A stretch of DNA of 64,000 nucleotides, taken from contig NW_003314401.1 of assembly GCF_000143415.4 (NCBI RefSeq), forward strand, positions 124,001-188,000, in the 5' to 3' direction. Each line of letters begins with the position of its first letter. Position 1 is the stretch's first letter. Below are positions 47,541-59,899 of this stretch, piece after piece. Made by a program: the position numbers and the translations under genes. The DNA is from Selaginella moellendorffii (taxonomy: Eukaryota; Plantae; Lycopodiophyta). The notes under the pieces were generated by a model, which had not been told where the DNA came from, did no database searches, and saw only the letters and a program-made list of their open reading frames with translations.

Positions 47541-50500
47541 TCAAGAGAGCACTCCAATAAGGACCCTAACCCCTAAAGCCGTTGGATTTAATGGGTCTGG
47601 GCTCCGAGCTCCGAGAGAATGTGATCACTGAGATGGGCAGTGAGATTCTAACTTAGTTGGAATATTATTTTATTTTTTATTCACTAAATCAAATGTTTAT
47701 ACACACAGCAGTCCCATGGAGATTTCCATTCTCAATAATCGATTTACGCAGGAAAATCTTAATTTTATTGTCCCGACTTTGGTTACACAGTAAATCTATA
47801 TATTTTAGGAAATTCATATGAAAGTCATATCGGCATTGCTAGATGGCTCTCGATGGCCACTCCTTCTGGCCTTCAACGCCTTGGAAACTGGGACTATTAT
47901 TGTTGGACGCAGATGACAATTGGTGTGTAGGCTCGAAGCCTCTCTCAGCCGTGGTCTCCAACCACAAGATGTCCAGCAGTGGTGCACTGGAAGTCAAGAG
48001 TGATGCAGCCTAACCAGCTTCACAAACCCAATTCCTGCTAAAGATCGCTTCTTTATGAAGAAACCTTATGTTAAGCAACTTAATAGAATAAGTTGTTTAG
48101 AAAGTTTGAAATGCAAGTAAGTTTCAGGCCACATTTCCGAATCTAAATCGGTTTAAGAAAGAAAATTCTTAGCCCCGGTGAATGTGACGGTTGTTTCGTC
48201 CAATTCATTGTCACTGTCCATGCTTGATTTGCAGGAGGCTCGGCACACCCCCTTTGAATTACATGAGCGTGTGGTCTGGCCTTCTTCCGCAGATCAAATG
48301 TGCTTGGAGCACGCTAATTATATACATTGCAGAAGTTATGGATATAAGCAAGAGTTATCTCAATCCTGATTATAATTGAAGTGGTGTATGTCAAGTGTGA
48401 GCAATGTAAAGGAGACAAGCAGAACTAGTGTTGTAAGAGTGACAAGTTAGGATAGTATTAAGGAAATGAAATGGAGCACACCTACTTCATTGCTTTACAC
48501 TTAGACTGTACTGGTGCCTTTCAAACGCACACCTTGTTCTTGTTCTGTGTTAGAGGATGCTTCCTTTGTCCCTTCAGTGCCAATGGCTGTAGCAAGAGCT
48601 ACAAACAAGAAAGCATGTTAGTCATTGCTAATTAACTAAAAATGGTTTTTTTTCTGCTGTCCTTCCACTCCCAATGACCTGTTGTTCCTCCACTAGATCT
48701 TGTAGCTTATCTCCTGGAAAAAAAAATAAAAATTTGAAGTGTTATGAAAGAAACTTTTACATGCTTAACTTCAGGATTTTGTTTGTTGTTGTCCTTGTGG
48801 TCAGGCTTTTCATGGTCGTTGCCTAAATCCCCACCATCTCCATCTCCTTCATCAAAATTCTAAGAGATATTTTTGCAACATGAACAACTAAATGTTACAT
48901 TCATCACTAACTTGTGTGCACAACTTTGGCCAGAAGCATAACATTTGAATTTCGAATGCATTCTTAAAGAACAGAGAGAGACACAAAAGAAAAACTTTCA
49001 TTTGGTTTATTATTGAGCATCATTTCCTTTGGAATTTTGGAGCGGCAATTGGGAAGGGTACTTGGACACCTTTTAGTTGCAACTGCTCCATCACAGAGAC
49101 GATCACTGTTGCAGTGAAAACTACTCATTGGCACTGCATGAAAGCAGTAGGAAAAGTGTGACTTTTCTGTAGTGAACAAGAAGCTAGTTTCTTGCCAAGC
49201 CACACGTGAATTTCATGTCTTGCATAGTTAGTCTCTTCCCTGCAAATGCAATGAGATCCACTTTTGTTGAACCAAGATTGTAGTCCACATGAGTTTTACT
49301 CTTGGCTATGTTGATGCCTTACATTGACATTAGGAGCTCCATATAGTGCTACTTTTTCCATCCTGAATTTGAAGGCTTGGATGTAATTGGCACCACAACA
49401 ACCTCCATTGTCGATATTCCACATAGACAAGTGCCACTTTCTTAGTACTGGTATACATGGTGTCTATGTGCTTCCTCCACATGTTGTGTCCCTGACATGC
49501 TCCACTTGAACTTCCTCCTGTCACTTGCCAATACCGCTAATTGCTTGCACAATTCACATTGCATTTCCCAGAACTCTAATGCTTCCAACCCTGTAATTGC
49601 TTCCTTCTTTAGCAAAGCTCTAGGAGCTTTTGTGAGACAACACCTTTAATAAACTCAATGACACTATCAGATGTTAAATTCTTAAAGTCTTCCAGTGAGG
49701 AAGTTCTTATTGCGCAGAACCTACAATAAAAAATAATTAAAAACCATATTCAAAAACATATGCTTAAGCCCATTAGAAAACACAGTCATAATCCTGAGTG
49801 AGAAACAAGAACACAAGAACTCAACATCAAAGAAAGCAACCCACCATAGAAAGCAATGGCTCTGACAAGGGCAATAAAATGTAAACTTATCTACAAAGTC
49901 TTACCCTTCTTTCTCTTCTGAGTGCTCCTAATACTTGCCACTTCCACCCACTAACGGAATAGGACTCATGCATGGAAGATCTTTGTGCTGCTCCAAGCCA
50001 CCGGCTCATTCTCAAACCCTCACAAAACCCTAATGAAAACAACACCAACACTAAACTTTGATGCATTGCAATGCCTTTCAAACTTGGATGTTGTTAGAGT
50101 CCTCTTGACTTGCATCTAAATTGTCCTCAACTACATCTTCCCTATTTGCCACATCTAGTTGAAACTCATTCTCCCATGGCTTTGTTTCTGTAAAACTAAT
50201 ATAAAATCCAATAAAAAAACCAAATTAAGTATGTCTATTTTGGATGATCTCTATTAGCATCTGCATAATTTTTCCAATGATCCTAAACACATCACTCTAT
50301 TTGGTTTTAGGTTTCTTTTCCATATTATGGTTTTTTGAATACTTATGAAAATCTTATAGAGGGATTATTGCAACTTGCTCTTCACTATAACAAAATAATG
50401 TAATTGCATGTAGTGTCTCACAACAAAATGGAATAATAAATTGAGCCTAAATAAAAATTCATTAGAAAGCTGATTAAATAATTCAACTCAAATCAACTTA

Positions 50501-53213
50501 TCTGTACTAATTGAAAAAGCAAGAGAGTAATATTTTATCACAAACACTAGTATCCCTTTATATTTATTTTAAAATTTACAAGTGAAAACTATTAAGCCTA
50601 AGTACCTTTATGTTCTACCTATTCTTTTAGTCTGCTATTCGCAATATTGATGATTTACTCTTCCCATACTTGACATTTTCAGTAACTTGTATTATGCTTG
50701 ATGAACCAAATATAAAATTTACTGTTTAAACACTAAATGCATTGAAAAACTTACTTGAATAGCATCCAATGCATATTTAACTTTCACACAATCCTTAAAG
50801 AATTCTTTATCCATTAAAATGAATTGAGTGTATCTTGTCTTGATTTTAAGAATGTATGATCAGTAAAATCTGGCTTGTTTTAGCTTATCCTCTATTACCC
50901 AAATTTAATATCTTGACACTGAGTGCTCCACTATTTTGTTGCATTGTTCTTATAAAAATAAACCTATCCTAAGTCTTGTACACCACAATGCTCATTCAAA
51001 TGCTTAGATTATTGATAAGCTAATAAAACACTAAGTATTTCTCAATATTATGCTCCCTATGCCATGGCAAAATTATTAAACAATGGTCTAAAAAAGCACT
51101 ATAAGCTTATGTTGGTTGTTATTAATATTTTTTTATGATGTTAGTAGGACTTATATGGATGGTCACTAGAAACACTTTAACATATTTGTGAGTACTAGAA
51201 GTGCTAAATGGAGAGGAGCATATGTATATACTATGAAGGGCATATTCTTGATGACAATTTCAACTATAAAAAATTTGGAAATTACTAGATTGTAGCTTGT
51301 AGAGTGTGACTTCAAAAAATTTACATAACATTATAACTAACTCAAAAACCATAGAGAGAATGTAGGAAAAGCATAAGATGTGATATATATCAATGAAAAT
51401 TGAGCTTATACCATTTTCTTTGATATCATATATAACACAAAAGAGCCTTTAATGATTATTTTATTCCTATATATCCCCTCAAGATTTCAAAGATCTATGG
51501 TGACAATATATCCAAATTTCATCCCATGATCACATGTGCTACACTTACAAATTTTACAAAGTTAGTTTTTAAAATGATTTGTATTTATGTTTAAATTATA
51601 TGAAATAGAAGTTGATTTCTAGAGAAGTGGTGAAGTATTCTTCTTGGATAGATACTTTTGTTGATCATCCCAACATAATGGTCGTATGGTTACAATTTTC
51701 ATCTTTGTTGATAATAGCACTATAAAACCATAATTTTGCACATTTTTGTAGTGTATATAATCATAGGATAAGATATAAAAATATTATCATTGTAGATATT
51801 TAAAATTTAGAGGATGTATAAGGATAAAATAGCCATTAAAGGCTTTTTCATCAAGCAATTGCCTTTTTATCAATTGGTTTGAGAAGAGAGAGATAACTCA
51901 TTAAGCATTTCTCCCTTTTTTAGTTGGTTTAAAATGAGAGAGATAAAATGTGTGATATGTGGTATTAGAGCAAATGGTATGGGTTTAATTCCCATTAATT
52001 GGTGGTTACTTAAAGTATAATATACCTTTGAGTAAAATATATTCCTACTCATAAAATTGAAATCATGCATATTGAGCAAATGATATTGCCCATCTTTTGT
52101 ACAAACCTCCATATTTAGTTGAAAAATTGCATAAAAGCACAAATGTGTTAATGTTCTTTTGAGATCTTTTTGCTCAAGAATTCCCCACTCAATCAGTGTT
52201 AACTTGCAAAAGGGCATCTTCAATCCATTTGACTTGAATTGAATCAGTGTTTGAAATCTAAAATACATAAGTGAAATGCCCTTTAATAGAAATAGTGTCC
52301 CCAAGTATCACTACAATTGGGCAATATTGGTTTAATTTCCAATCTGTATGAGAACCAAAAATCACCTCTAAAACTAACTTATATCCTTTCCAATGGGAAT
52401 TATAATGTGGGAGAATAGAAATCTCTCTTAAAACGAGCTCAACTAAAAGTATAGAAGTGTGATTAAATGCCATTTGGCAAGGGGCTAAGATTTACCACCA
52501 ATTAGCATCCACTTAAAGTGATGAATAGGAATCTACATAAAAGTATTTGTAAAACGAAATAAACTTATATTACCTTAAGAAATAGAAATCCAAAAGATAA
52601 ATCTTACTAAACATACTTTCCTCAGAAGAAAACTTGGATTTTATTGTCTACAATGACAGATTTCTTTTGTGATTTTCACAAAACAAATCTTTCCTAGAAA
52701 TAGTAATTTAGCATTCTAAATACAAACCAAGTTCTTATTGAGTTACCTTAGCTAGTAGTGGCTTGCCCATTAAGTTAATCAGGTTGTTGAGTGCTGTTAG
52801 ATTAAGTTTTGTTATTTATAAACTAAGTCAATATCATTCCATATGGCCTATACATGTTCTCCAAAAAAAGTACTACCTGTCAGGAATCCCCCAATTCTTG
52901 CCACATTCCTGACTCTCGCCGGATTCCTGACTTGCAGACCACATTCCTGACTCTCGAGACACTTCCCGATTCCTGAGTCTCAGGCCACATTCCTGATGAT
53001 GATGTGGCGCCTCCTCGACCTCAGCTATATTTAGGCCGTCCTCGATCCAAGAGTGGTGGAGCTTCATCAACCTATAGTATATATAGGTTAGCCTTGTTCC
53101 ATTTCTCCACAATCTGAATCAACGCCAGTCTAAGGCCTTTTCTTTGTTTCCACTAGCTTTTTCTCTGTCTTTTTGCATTTTCCAGTCTTGATCTTGTCAG
53201 GGGTCTTGACAGT

Positions 53214-53228
53214 TTGATTCAGATTGTG
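53214..53228 (+). promoter_or_regulatory. Non-tRNA primer-binding site complementary to LTR 53108-53122 (self-priming)
   Basis: ttgattcagattgtg is the exact reverse complement of cacaatctgaatcaa, which lies ~25 nt after the TATA box (~53078-53085). Confidence 0.75.
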
Positions 53229-53310
53229 TTTTTTCGTTTTTTGATTTAGCTCATTTTGATTGTTTGATTACCTTTGCCTTTTTTTCCCCCTTTCTTCTTT
53301 CTTCTTGCCA

Positions 53311-54282
53311 ATGGAGTCTCCAAGCCATCCTAATTTCTTTGCTGAAGTCCTTGCAAAAATCCAGTCTGAGAATACCGAGCTGAAGGCGACCCTTCTTCGC
53401 ATGCAGCAAGAGCTTGCTTCACTTTCGGCTCAAGGATCCAGCAAAGTTCCTGAACCGAAGGTGAGCTTCCCGGCGAAATTTTCAGGCAAGCGTTCGGAGC
53501 TTCGCGGATTCCTGAACCAGATGGAGTTGATCTTCGCACTTCAACATCGGCAGTACCCTACTCCCGAGTCTCAAATCAGCGCGATTGGGACGTTGCTCGA
53601 AGGTGCAGCTTTGTCATGGTTTTCTCCTCTTTTGGAGAAGAGCATGAAAGGGGTCGTGGTTCCAGAGCTGATGGATCTTCAATTGTTCAAAGAGAAGCTC
53701 GAAGCATGTTTTGGTGAGACGGATCGGGTTCGGGCTGCTACCACAAAGATGAGACGTCTCTCTCAGGGGTCTCGTCCTGCTTCGATCTACGCTGCAGAGT
53801 TCCAACTCCTTGCTTTGGACACTTAGTGGGATGAGCGGGCCCTGATTGACCAATTTCGTTTCGGCCTCAACAACGGTGTCAAGGATTTGTTGCTCACCAT
53901 GGAGGATCCCAAGGACCTGTCGGATGCCATCAACAAAGCTGTTAGATGTGACAATCGTCTCTTTGAACGTCGTCAGGAAAGTCGCCGCGCCGCTGTTTTT
54001 CCGTCCTAGACTCAGGAATCCCAGCTTGAGTCTTCGGGGCATACTCCTGAACCTACTGCTCCGGTTCCGATGGATATTTCTGGTACTCCCCGACTCATTA
54101 GAGGGAAGTTGAGTCCTGCTGAGAAGCAACGTCGAATATCTCATAATCTTTGCCTCTATTGTGCTGATCCTAATCACAAAGCAGCTGTATGTTCCAAGAA
54201 GCCTCCTCGACTGCTCGAGTTCACTCTGCCTCAAAGTCCACCTCTATTACAGTCGGGAAACGACCCTGTCCAAACAGAGTAG
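53311..54282 (+). pseudogene. gag: gag of element C with premature stops
   Basis: PAKFSGKRSELRGFL, LEGAALSWF, PMDI, zinc knuckle CLYCADPNHKAAVC; TAG at 53824. Confidence 0.88.
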
Positions 54283-54339
54283 GAGCTGTCTGTTTGGACT
54301 CCCCGAATAAAAATCACTTTTCTTCTTTATCAAGCTCCT
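54255..54339 (+). promoter_or_regulatory. -1 programmed ribosomal frameshift signal (G GGA AAC + pseudoknot)
   Basis: Slippery heptamer 54255-54261 in the gag/pol overlap; stem 54268-54278/54289-54299; loop 54281-54287 pairs with 54333-54339. Confidence 0.8.
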
Positions 54340-55844
54340 CACCACCTTTCATCAAAGCCACCACCAATTCCCGCAACTTCCGCGTCCCATGTCTCCTTTC
54401 TTTCACCGGACAATCAGGACTCAAGGCTCTGGCGTTACTGGACTCGGGTGCAACTTCCTGCTTCATGGACACGGACTTTGCTGCCCGACATCACGTTCCT
54501 CTTTCTCCTACCATACGGGATTTGAGGGTTGAAGGCATCGGCGGGCATTTTGTGTCTTCATCTTCTGGACTTAGGGAAACATTGCCCGTTCGAGTACACA
54601 TCGGGTCCACTGTCACCGATATCGCCTTCAACATCATCAATAGCAAGTCCTCCTCTGTGGTGCTCGGTCTTCCGTGGTTCCAACTACATCAGCCTCAGAT
54701 CTGTTGGAAGGAATTACAGCTCATCTCTCCCACGGCTTCCCCTGCTGTTCATCGAGTCCGAATCAGGAAAAGTTCCCTAAACTCAAATCGGGGTTCTGTT
54801 CCTGACTCTATAAAGTTTTCACCCTCTTATTTTTCCTCTCTTCCATCTTACATTGAACCGTATCCTCGTCTCATCATTCCATTTAGTTGTACACCTCCTC
54901 CTATCTCCACAATCACTATGAAAGAACTCCTTCATGAAGAACCTCTTTTTCTTTTTGCTTTGCATGTTTCTCCTGTCAGTCTTCCTGAGAAGTATCATGA
55001 TTTTGGGGATGTGTTTGACAAGAAAAAAGCTAGTGTACTGCCTGTTCATCGGCCTTATGATTGTCCCATTGATTTACAGGAAGGAGCGTCACCTCCGTGG
55101 GGGCCTATCTACGGGTTATCCCCATCCGAGCTTAAGGCCCTCAAAGAGTACGTGGATGAGAACCTTGCCTCGGGCTACATTCAGCATTCGCAGTCCCCGG
55201 TTGGAGCGCCTGTCTTCTTTGTCAAGAAGAAGGATGGGAGCTTGCGGCTAGTCATCGACTACCGAGGTTTGAACAAGGTGACTGTTCGGAACCGTTATCT
55301 GCTGCCCCTGATCTCGGACCTGTTGGAACGCCTCGGCGGTGCCCGCTTCTTCACCAAGATCGACCTCCGTGGAGCATACAACCTGATCCGGATTTGGCCT
55401 GGTGATGAATGGAAGACTGCGTTCCGAACCCGCTATGGCCACTTCGAGTACACTGTCATGCCATTTGGCTTGACAAATGCTCCAGCAGTTTTCCAACACA
55501 TGGCGAACGATGTCTTTCGGGAGTTTCTTGATCAGATGGTGATCGTCTACCTCGATGACATCCTCATCTACTCAAAAACTCAGGAGGAGCATGACGAACA
55601 TGTACGCAAGGTGCTAGCGAAGCTGCGAGAACACGGCCTATACGTGAAGCTTGAGAAATGTTCCTTTGATCAGCAGTCTGTGGAGTTCCTTGGGTACATT
55701 GTCACTCCTGAGGGTATCACGATGGATCCTGCCAAAGTCAAGACTATTCTCGAATGGGAGCCTCCACAATCAATGTCGGACGTTCAGGTTTTCCTTGGCT
55801 TCGCCAACTTCTACCGCAAATTCATTGATCACTACTCTGACATT
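54255..55844 (+). CDS. pol: pol of element C, 5' part (protease, RT)
   Basis: LLDSGAT, MPFGLTNAPAVFQ, YLDDILIYS; interrupted at 55845 by an insertion. Confidence 0.93.
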
Positions 55845-56267
55845 TGTAAGCTCCTGAATTTGGACTTCCCGGGAGGTCACCCAGCTCAGTACTATTCAAA
55901 CCCAAGGACGCTTAACTCCAACTATCCCAAGACCCTTAACCGATTGGAAAAGGGGGTGCACTCTTGTTCATGGGCCCTTTCCCTCTATATTTGAACCCCA
56001 TGGATCGTCTCTCGAGTCGTTCCCTTTGGTTGCTTACAATCCACCACGCTTCCCTGCAAGTTCACGCCCTCGTGAACGGAAGCTGAGAGCCACAGCTCTC
56101 CCGAGAGCCTCGCTCTCTTGACACCTTACCTCTCGGGTCGAGCCCAGTGGGAGCAAACTGGACCAGCCAGATGTCAATCAACATGTGGTGCGATTCCCCT
56201 AGCCAACCAACAGAGTCGGACCCGAGACCCCTCTGATACCAAATGTAAGCTCCTTGAATTTGGACTT
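55845..56267 (-). mobile_element. Cassandra-type TRIM unit: LTR, ~200-bp internal region with PPT and tRNA-iMet PBS, 24-bp LTR end
   Basis: PBS tggtatcagag (rc 56231-56241), PPT-like agggaagcgtggtggat (rc 56039-56055), partial LTR 56244-56267. Confidence 0.85.
55862..55917 (-). other. 5S rRNA-derived segment (internal Pol III promoter region) inside LTR; second copy 59989-60044
   Basis: rc reads agttaagcgtccttgggtttgaatagtactgagctgggtgacctcccgggaagtcc, versus plant 5S AGTTAAGCGTGCTTGGGCGAGAGTAGTACTAGGATGGGTGACCTCCCGGGAAGTCC. Confidence 0.9.
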
Positions 56268-56269
56268 AG

Positions 56270-56585
56270 TCTCTGGCTCGATCTCGGACCCGATTTTGGA
56301 TCCGACTTCGGATTCGGTTTTGGACTCGATCTCGGACTCGATCTCGGACCCGATCTCGGACCCGACCTCGGACTCGACCTCGGACTCGGTCTCGGACCCG
56401 ATCTCGGACCCGACCTCGGACTCGACCTCGGACTCGGTCTCGGACCCGATTTCGGATCTCGGACTCCGTCTCGAACTCGGTCTCGAACTCGGACTCGAAC
56501 TCGGTCCCCGAGTCAGTCTTGGACTCGATTCCGAACTCGATCTCGAACTCGGTCCTAGAGTCGGTCTTGGACTCGATCTTCGACT
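56270..56585. repeat. Degenerate 6/12-bp tandem array (ctcgga/ctcgat/cccgat)
   Basis: Directly visible; probably the U3 of the captured Gypsy element's LTR. Confidence 0.85.
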
Positions 56586-57075
56586 TGGTCCCATCCAATG
56601 AACTCTTTGTCATTTTGGTCATGCTTTCGGGGTTCCTTTAGCCTACGACACCTCGGCGAGTTGGTTCCTTAAAACTCCACCACCCATAGAAGAAGTTCGA
56701 TGCCCACATCGAATGTCTCGTTTTATCCTACGACTTGTTGACCATGTCTCCGGGGGCATCCCCCCACTTAGCGGTGTGCCTAAGTTAGCCTCCCCGGCCA
56801 AGAGCCCATGACAACGGAATATAGGTGTCCCTATACTCCTCACCTCACCACGCCCTAGTATAGGGTCGGGACTTGAACCCAGCCTTGCTTTACTAGGGGG
56901 TTGGGACTCGAACCCAACCTCCGTAGAATACGTCTACGGATTCGACATCCCCGCAGGGAGTTGGGCGTAGCTCCCTACGCCTGGTCGACCTAGCTAACCC
57001 ATGCTAATTAGCTTACCTTCGGCGCGCCTTCGGGTCCCAACATATGCCATTTGCTCAACTTTGCAAATTGATATT

Positions 57076-59867
57076 TTAATTGAACTTTGCATAAGTACAT
57101 AGAGTTCTGCCTTGCAGAAATTCCTCCACTAGATCTCGCGCGTTCGCTAGGTTCTCCTCCAGTTCCCATGTTGCTTTGTAGTGTGGAAATCCTTTCCACT
57201 TCACATGGAACTCTCTCACCTCGCGTCCTTGTCGCTTGCTCTTGCGCGCATTGAGGATGGCCTCGACTTCGTATTCCTCTTCCCCTTGGATAACCTCAGG
57301 TAAAGGTCTTACTTGGTCCTTGCGAAGCGGATCCTCAAAGTACGGCTTGAGTAAGTTCACGTGGAACACTGGGTGCATCTTCCTCATCTCTCAAGGAAGT
57401 CGGAGTCGGTAAGCCACTTTACCGATTCGTGCCTCAATCTCGTAAGGCCCCGCGAACCTGCTTAAGGAACTCAAGATCAATTCATTTACAGGAATACATG
57501 CATTTTTACCTTTGGGTCAACTTTCGGCTGATCCCACTTGGTAGCCTGAGGTTCTTGGTGTTCAGCCACACCTTCTCCCCAGCTTGGAACTCTACATCCC
57601 GGCGCTTTAGGTTCGCATACTTGGTTTGCCTTTGTTGAGCCCGTTCCAAAGAATCCCTCACTAGATTCCAAATGTTGAGTCTTTCCGCCGTGAATGCCTC
57701 CACTGCGGGTAGCTCTCCATGATACTCGGCCACGCCGAGTTCCACAGGACCTTCAATAGCTCGCCCATTGATGACTTCCCATGGACTCACCCCGATACTC
57801 GAATGTGGTGAGTTGTTATAACACATTTCCACAAGTCCCAAATGACTTACCCAATCGGTCTGGTCTCCCGAGACATAGCATCACAAATAATCCTCCAGCT
57901 GCCTATTCACCCTTTCCGTTTGTCCGTCTGTCAAGAAGTGTTAGGACCACCAAACTTGACTTAATACCCCATATCTGTTTGTGGGTGATAGGCTGTGCTG
58001 AATTTCAACTTGGTGCGATACTGTTCCAAGAGGGTCCTCCAGAACCTACTAGTGAAGATCTTATCTCGATATGAGATAATCTTTTCTGGCCTTCCCCGCA
58101 CTCGAACCACTTGTTCGAAGAACAGCTTTGCCACACCTTCCGCATCCACTTCCGTTGTCGTGGGTATGAAATGTGCCATCTTCGAAAATTGATCCACCAC
58201 CACGAATATCGCATCGAACCCCTCGCTTGGGGGTAGTCCCGTGATGAAGTCCATCGTAAGACATTTCCACGGACGATCTGGAATTGGGATGCTTTGCAAC
58301 AAGCCCCCACTAGCCTTAGTCACGGCTTTGACCTGCTAATATGTTGGACATGTCTTTACATAGTCTTGGACGTCCTTAGCCATATCTGGCCAATGGTACT
58401 TCCTCTTGAGTAAGCCCATCGTCTTGGGCACTCCGCCGTGTCCCGCAAGAGGTCCATCATGACACTCTTCTAAGGCTACCTTCCTTAGTCCCCCTTCTGG
58501 AACATATACCCTCATTTGCTTGTAATAAATGAGTCCGTTGCGTTCTGCATAGCCCGTTTTCTCTTCCGTTGGCAGCTCACCTCTCTGGTGAGCTTCCCGC
58601 GCCTCCAGATTCCTCAACAACACTTCTTGTGCTAGACCATCGTTCTCATATGCTGTCCGCACATCGTCCTAGAAGGTTGCTGTTGTGCTGGATATCGCCA
58701 ACCTCAAGCTCGCTTTTCGACTTAGCGCATCTGCCATGATGTTGCTCTTCCCAGGCTTGTACAGAATCTCGCAATCAAACTCGGCCAAGGCATTGGCCCA
58801 CCGACCTTATTTCCCTCTCAGGTCGGGTTGTGACAAGAAGTGTTTCGTTGCCACATTGTCCGTGTAAACCTTGAAGTGTCTCCCAAGGTAGTGTCGCCAC
58901 TCCTTGAGCGCCTTGACCACCGCAAACAATTCCTTCTCGTGGGCAGGCCACTTCCGTTGAGCCTTTTCCAGCTTCTTCGAGAAGAACGCTACTGGATGGT
59001 TGTCTTGCTTCAAAACTGCGCCCAACGCAAAGTCCGAAGCATCCGTGTCTACCTCGAAGTCCTTACCAAAGTCTGGTAATGCCAACACGGGAGCCTTCCT
59101 CAATTTCCCTTTGAGGTGGACGAATGCCTCCTTGCATTCCGCTGTCCATACCATCTTCCCTTTTCCTGTTTGGTCCGTTAAGGGCAAGGCTACTCTCGAA
59201 TAGTGTCTGATAAACTTTCGATAGTAGTTGCATAGCCCCAAGAACGCCCTCAACTCATGTACATTCGAAGGTCGCTCCCATTCCTGGATCGCTTGGACCT
59301 TCTCCGGGTCCACCTTGAGCCCGTCCTGGCCCACCACATGCCCGAGAAACTTTACCTCTTGTTGAGCAAAGTCACATTTGCTCTCTTTAGCATACAGTTT
59401 GTGTTCCCTTAGTTTCTCAAACACCTTCGCCAAGTGTTTGGCATGTTCCTCTAGCGTCTCGCTATAGATCAGGATATCGTCGATATAGACGACCACGAAG
59501 TGATCCAGATAGGGTACAAAGATGTGGTTTATCAACGCCGAAAACGTTGCCGGTGCATTGCACAGCCCAAAGGGCATCACCAGAAACTCAAAGCTCCCAT
59601 ACCTCGTTCGACAGGTTGTCTTCTCGACATCTTCCTCAGCTACCCTGATCTGGTAGTATCCTGACCTTAGGTCAATCCTCGAGAAGTATTTTGCCTTTCC
59701 CAACCTATCAAACAGGTCCTCGATCCTTGGCAAAGGGTACTTGTTCTTCTTGGTATACTTGTTGAGCAACCGGTAGTCTATGCACATGCGCATAGATCCA
59801 TCTTTCTTTTTCACTTGCTCAACCTAACATACCCTTTGTCCACCAACTCCTCTAGTTGGCTCTTGAG
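57076..59867 (-). pseudogene. pol: Captured Gypsy chromovirus pol (element E): RT-RNase H-integrase-chromodomain, 5'-truncated
   Basis: [65 protein letters not shown]; a few premature stops; no gag or protease. Confidence 0.92.
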
Positions 59868-59899
59868 TTTAGGGTTTAGGGTTTAGGGTTTAGGGTTTA
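59868..59899 (+). repeat. Interstitial plant telomere repeats (TTTAGGG)4 TTTA
   Basis: Direct reading. Confidence 0.97.

Noticed and set aside
47800-50200. Exon-like patches on the minus strand (possible DNA transposon or gene relic)
   Set aside because: Could not assemble a frame or identify a domain
50300-52870. AT-rich tract with short matches to 63400-63490
   Set aside because: Likely old non-autonomous repeat debris; no termini could be defined
53824-53826. Programmed stop-codon readthrough in gag
   Set aside because: A second stop follows at ~54008; more simply decay by C-to-T mutation
55862-55917. 5S rRNA gene
   Set aside because: Only the internal ~56 nt, embedded in LTRs
56270-56585. 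Repeat array as CRISPR or as the coding ORFs 56118/56199/56254/56266
   Set aside because: No unique spacers; low-complexity hexamer array in a eukaryotic TE; the ORFs are by-products of stop-free repeats
59868-59899. True chromosome end or fusion site
   Set aside because: Only 4 repeats, internal to an insertion bounded by matched LTRs and a TSD
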